The position numbers were made by a program, and so were the translations under genes. A model generated the notes under the pieces. The model ran no database searches. It had not been told where the DNA came from and saw nothing but the letters and a program-made list of their open reading frames with translations. From Escherichia coli (GTDB lineage Bacteria > Pseudomonadota > Gammaproteobacteria > Enterobacterales > Enterobacteriaceae), in assembly GCF_024700885.2 (NCBI RefSeq), contig NZ_CP117016.1: a stretch of 64,000 nt of DNA. One strand, 5' to 3'. Shown here one piece after another: positions 63,034-64,000 of this stretch. Every line of letters begins with the position of its first letter. The stretch's first letter is position 1.

Positions 63034-64000
63034 TCAGGACTCTGTGACTTCAGCCAGTGCATTACGTACTTTGCTTTCACGCCAGAAGTAGACTCCGACA
63101 TAGACAAAGCAGAGCATAGAAACCAGGAATGAAAGCTGAAGTGAGTGGAACATATCTGCAATATATCCCTGAATTGCCGGAACCACCGCGGCGCCGACAA
63201 TAGCCATAACAATGACTGCTCCTGCCATTTCTGTATGTTCGTTATCAACTGTATCCAGTGTTCCTGCATAGATCGTCGCCCAGCAAGGGCCAAACAAAAC
63301 ACTTACCAGGACGGCGACATAGACCGCGCTGAAACTTGGAGCCAGTGCAACATATGCCAGGAACAGCGCCCCTATAACGGAATAGAGAATCAATACTTTT
63401 TCCGGATTAAAACGCGTCATAAGGATGTTGGCTATAAACTTGCCAATAAAGAAGCAGGCAAAGCTATAGACCATGAAGTTTGAAGCATCACGTTCGTTGA
63501 TATCGCCCAACTCCAGTGCCAGACGGATGGTAAATGACCATACTGCGACCTGCATACCCACATAAAGGAATTGAGCCACAATACCACGACGAAAGCGCGA
63601 ATTTTTAGCCAGATAGCGCAGCGTATCCATTGCTGACGGGCGTTTATGGTGACTTGTCTGTGCCACTTTACAGGTTGGGAAGCGGGTTAAAAGGAACAAC
63701 ACCATGACCACAACCAGAATCATAATCATATACTTATACGGTTCAAGGGTGTTCTCTAACATCAGCACCTTAAAGTTGTGAATTTGCTCGGCGTTCATTC
63801 CGGACATCTGCTTCTCAAGGCTTTCCCCCTCGGAGAAAACCAGATATTTGCCCAATAAAATACCAGACGCAGCACCAATCGGATAAAAGGTCTGGCTGAT
63901 ATTGAGCCGCAATGTGGCATAGGCTTTTGGACCGATCATTGAACTGTATGTGTTCGCTGCAGTTTCAAGGAAACTCAGGCCAATCGCAATCGCAAAAATA
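63034..64000 (-). CDS. FucP-like MFS sugar:H+ symporter, 5' end beyond the window
   Basis: The frame stays open to base 64000 (…IFAIAIGLSFLETAANTYSSMIGP…), the FucP-family signature region. Confidence 0.8.
   Translation of the reverse strand, partial: IFAIAIGLSFLETAANTYSSMIGPKAYATLRLNISQTFYPIGAASGILLGKYLVFSEGESLEKQMSGMNAEQIHNFKVLMLENTLEPYKYMIMILVVVMVLFLLTRFPTCKVAQTSHHKRPSAMDTLRYLAKNSRFRRGIVAQFLYVGMQVAVWSFTIRLALELGDINERDASNFMVYSFACFFIGKFIANILMTRFNPEKVLILYSVIGALFLAYVALAPSFSAVYVAVLVSVLFGPCWATIYAGTLDTVDNEHTEMAGAVIVMAIVGAAVVPAIQGYIADMFHSLQLSFLVSMLCFVYVGVYFWRESKVRNALAEVTES

Overview
Escherichia coli-type chromosomal segment. Gene identities below rest on my own reading of the translated ORFs and on remembered K-12 gene order. 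No searches were run.

Bases 1 to about 35.5 kb are conserved backbone: pmbA-cybC-nrdGD-treCBR-mgtLA-ridA-pyrLBI-yjgH-bdcAR-tabA-yjgL-argI-rraB-yjgMN-valS-holC-pepA-lptFG-yjgR-ahr-leuX. Three features look strain-specific:
- a RelB/RelE-type toxin-antitoxin pair between cybC and nrdG
- a complete 1432-bp IS3-family element (IS1397-like) inserted in the loop of a REP palindromic unit, with a 4-bp GTAA duplication
- yjgR lying directly next to ahr, with no idn genes between them

Everything after leuX (35419-35503) is accessory and mosaic:
1. A 5.6-kb islet bounded by 25-bp direct repeats of the leuX 3' end. It has no tyrosine integrase. It carries an orphan 304-aa ORF, a small serine recombinase, a DUF4062/TIR-like protein, a 2-TM protein and an XRE regulator. 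About 40% of it has no ORF of 60 aa or more.
2. A truncated P4-type intB plus IS66-family and IS50-like debris.
3. A six-gene sugar-acid/lactone-type catabolic cluster: IclR regulator, DapA-family aldolase, UxaA/GarD-family dehydratase, PdxA-family dehydrogenase, MFS transporter and amidohydrolase-2 lactonase-like protein.
4. A nested IS pile-up: an IS100-like element cut by an IS66-family element, which is itself cut by an IS110-family element.
5. A LacI-family regulator with three tandem operators, plus an ascorbate-type PTS EIIA/B/C.
6. A DUF4432-like protein and a FucP-like permease at the window edge.

The best candidate for an undescribed system is the leuX-proximal islet (35.5-41.1 kb). 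This covers both its unknown proteins and its long ORF-free, partly GC-rich and structured regions. Its function cannot be established from sequence alone.
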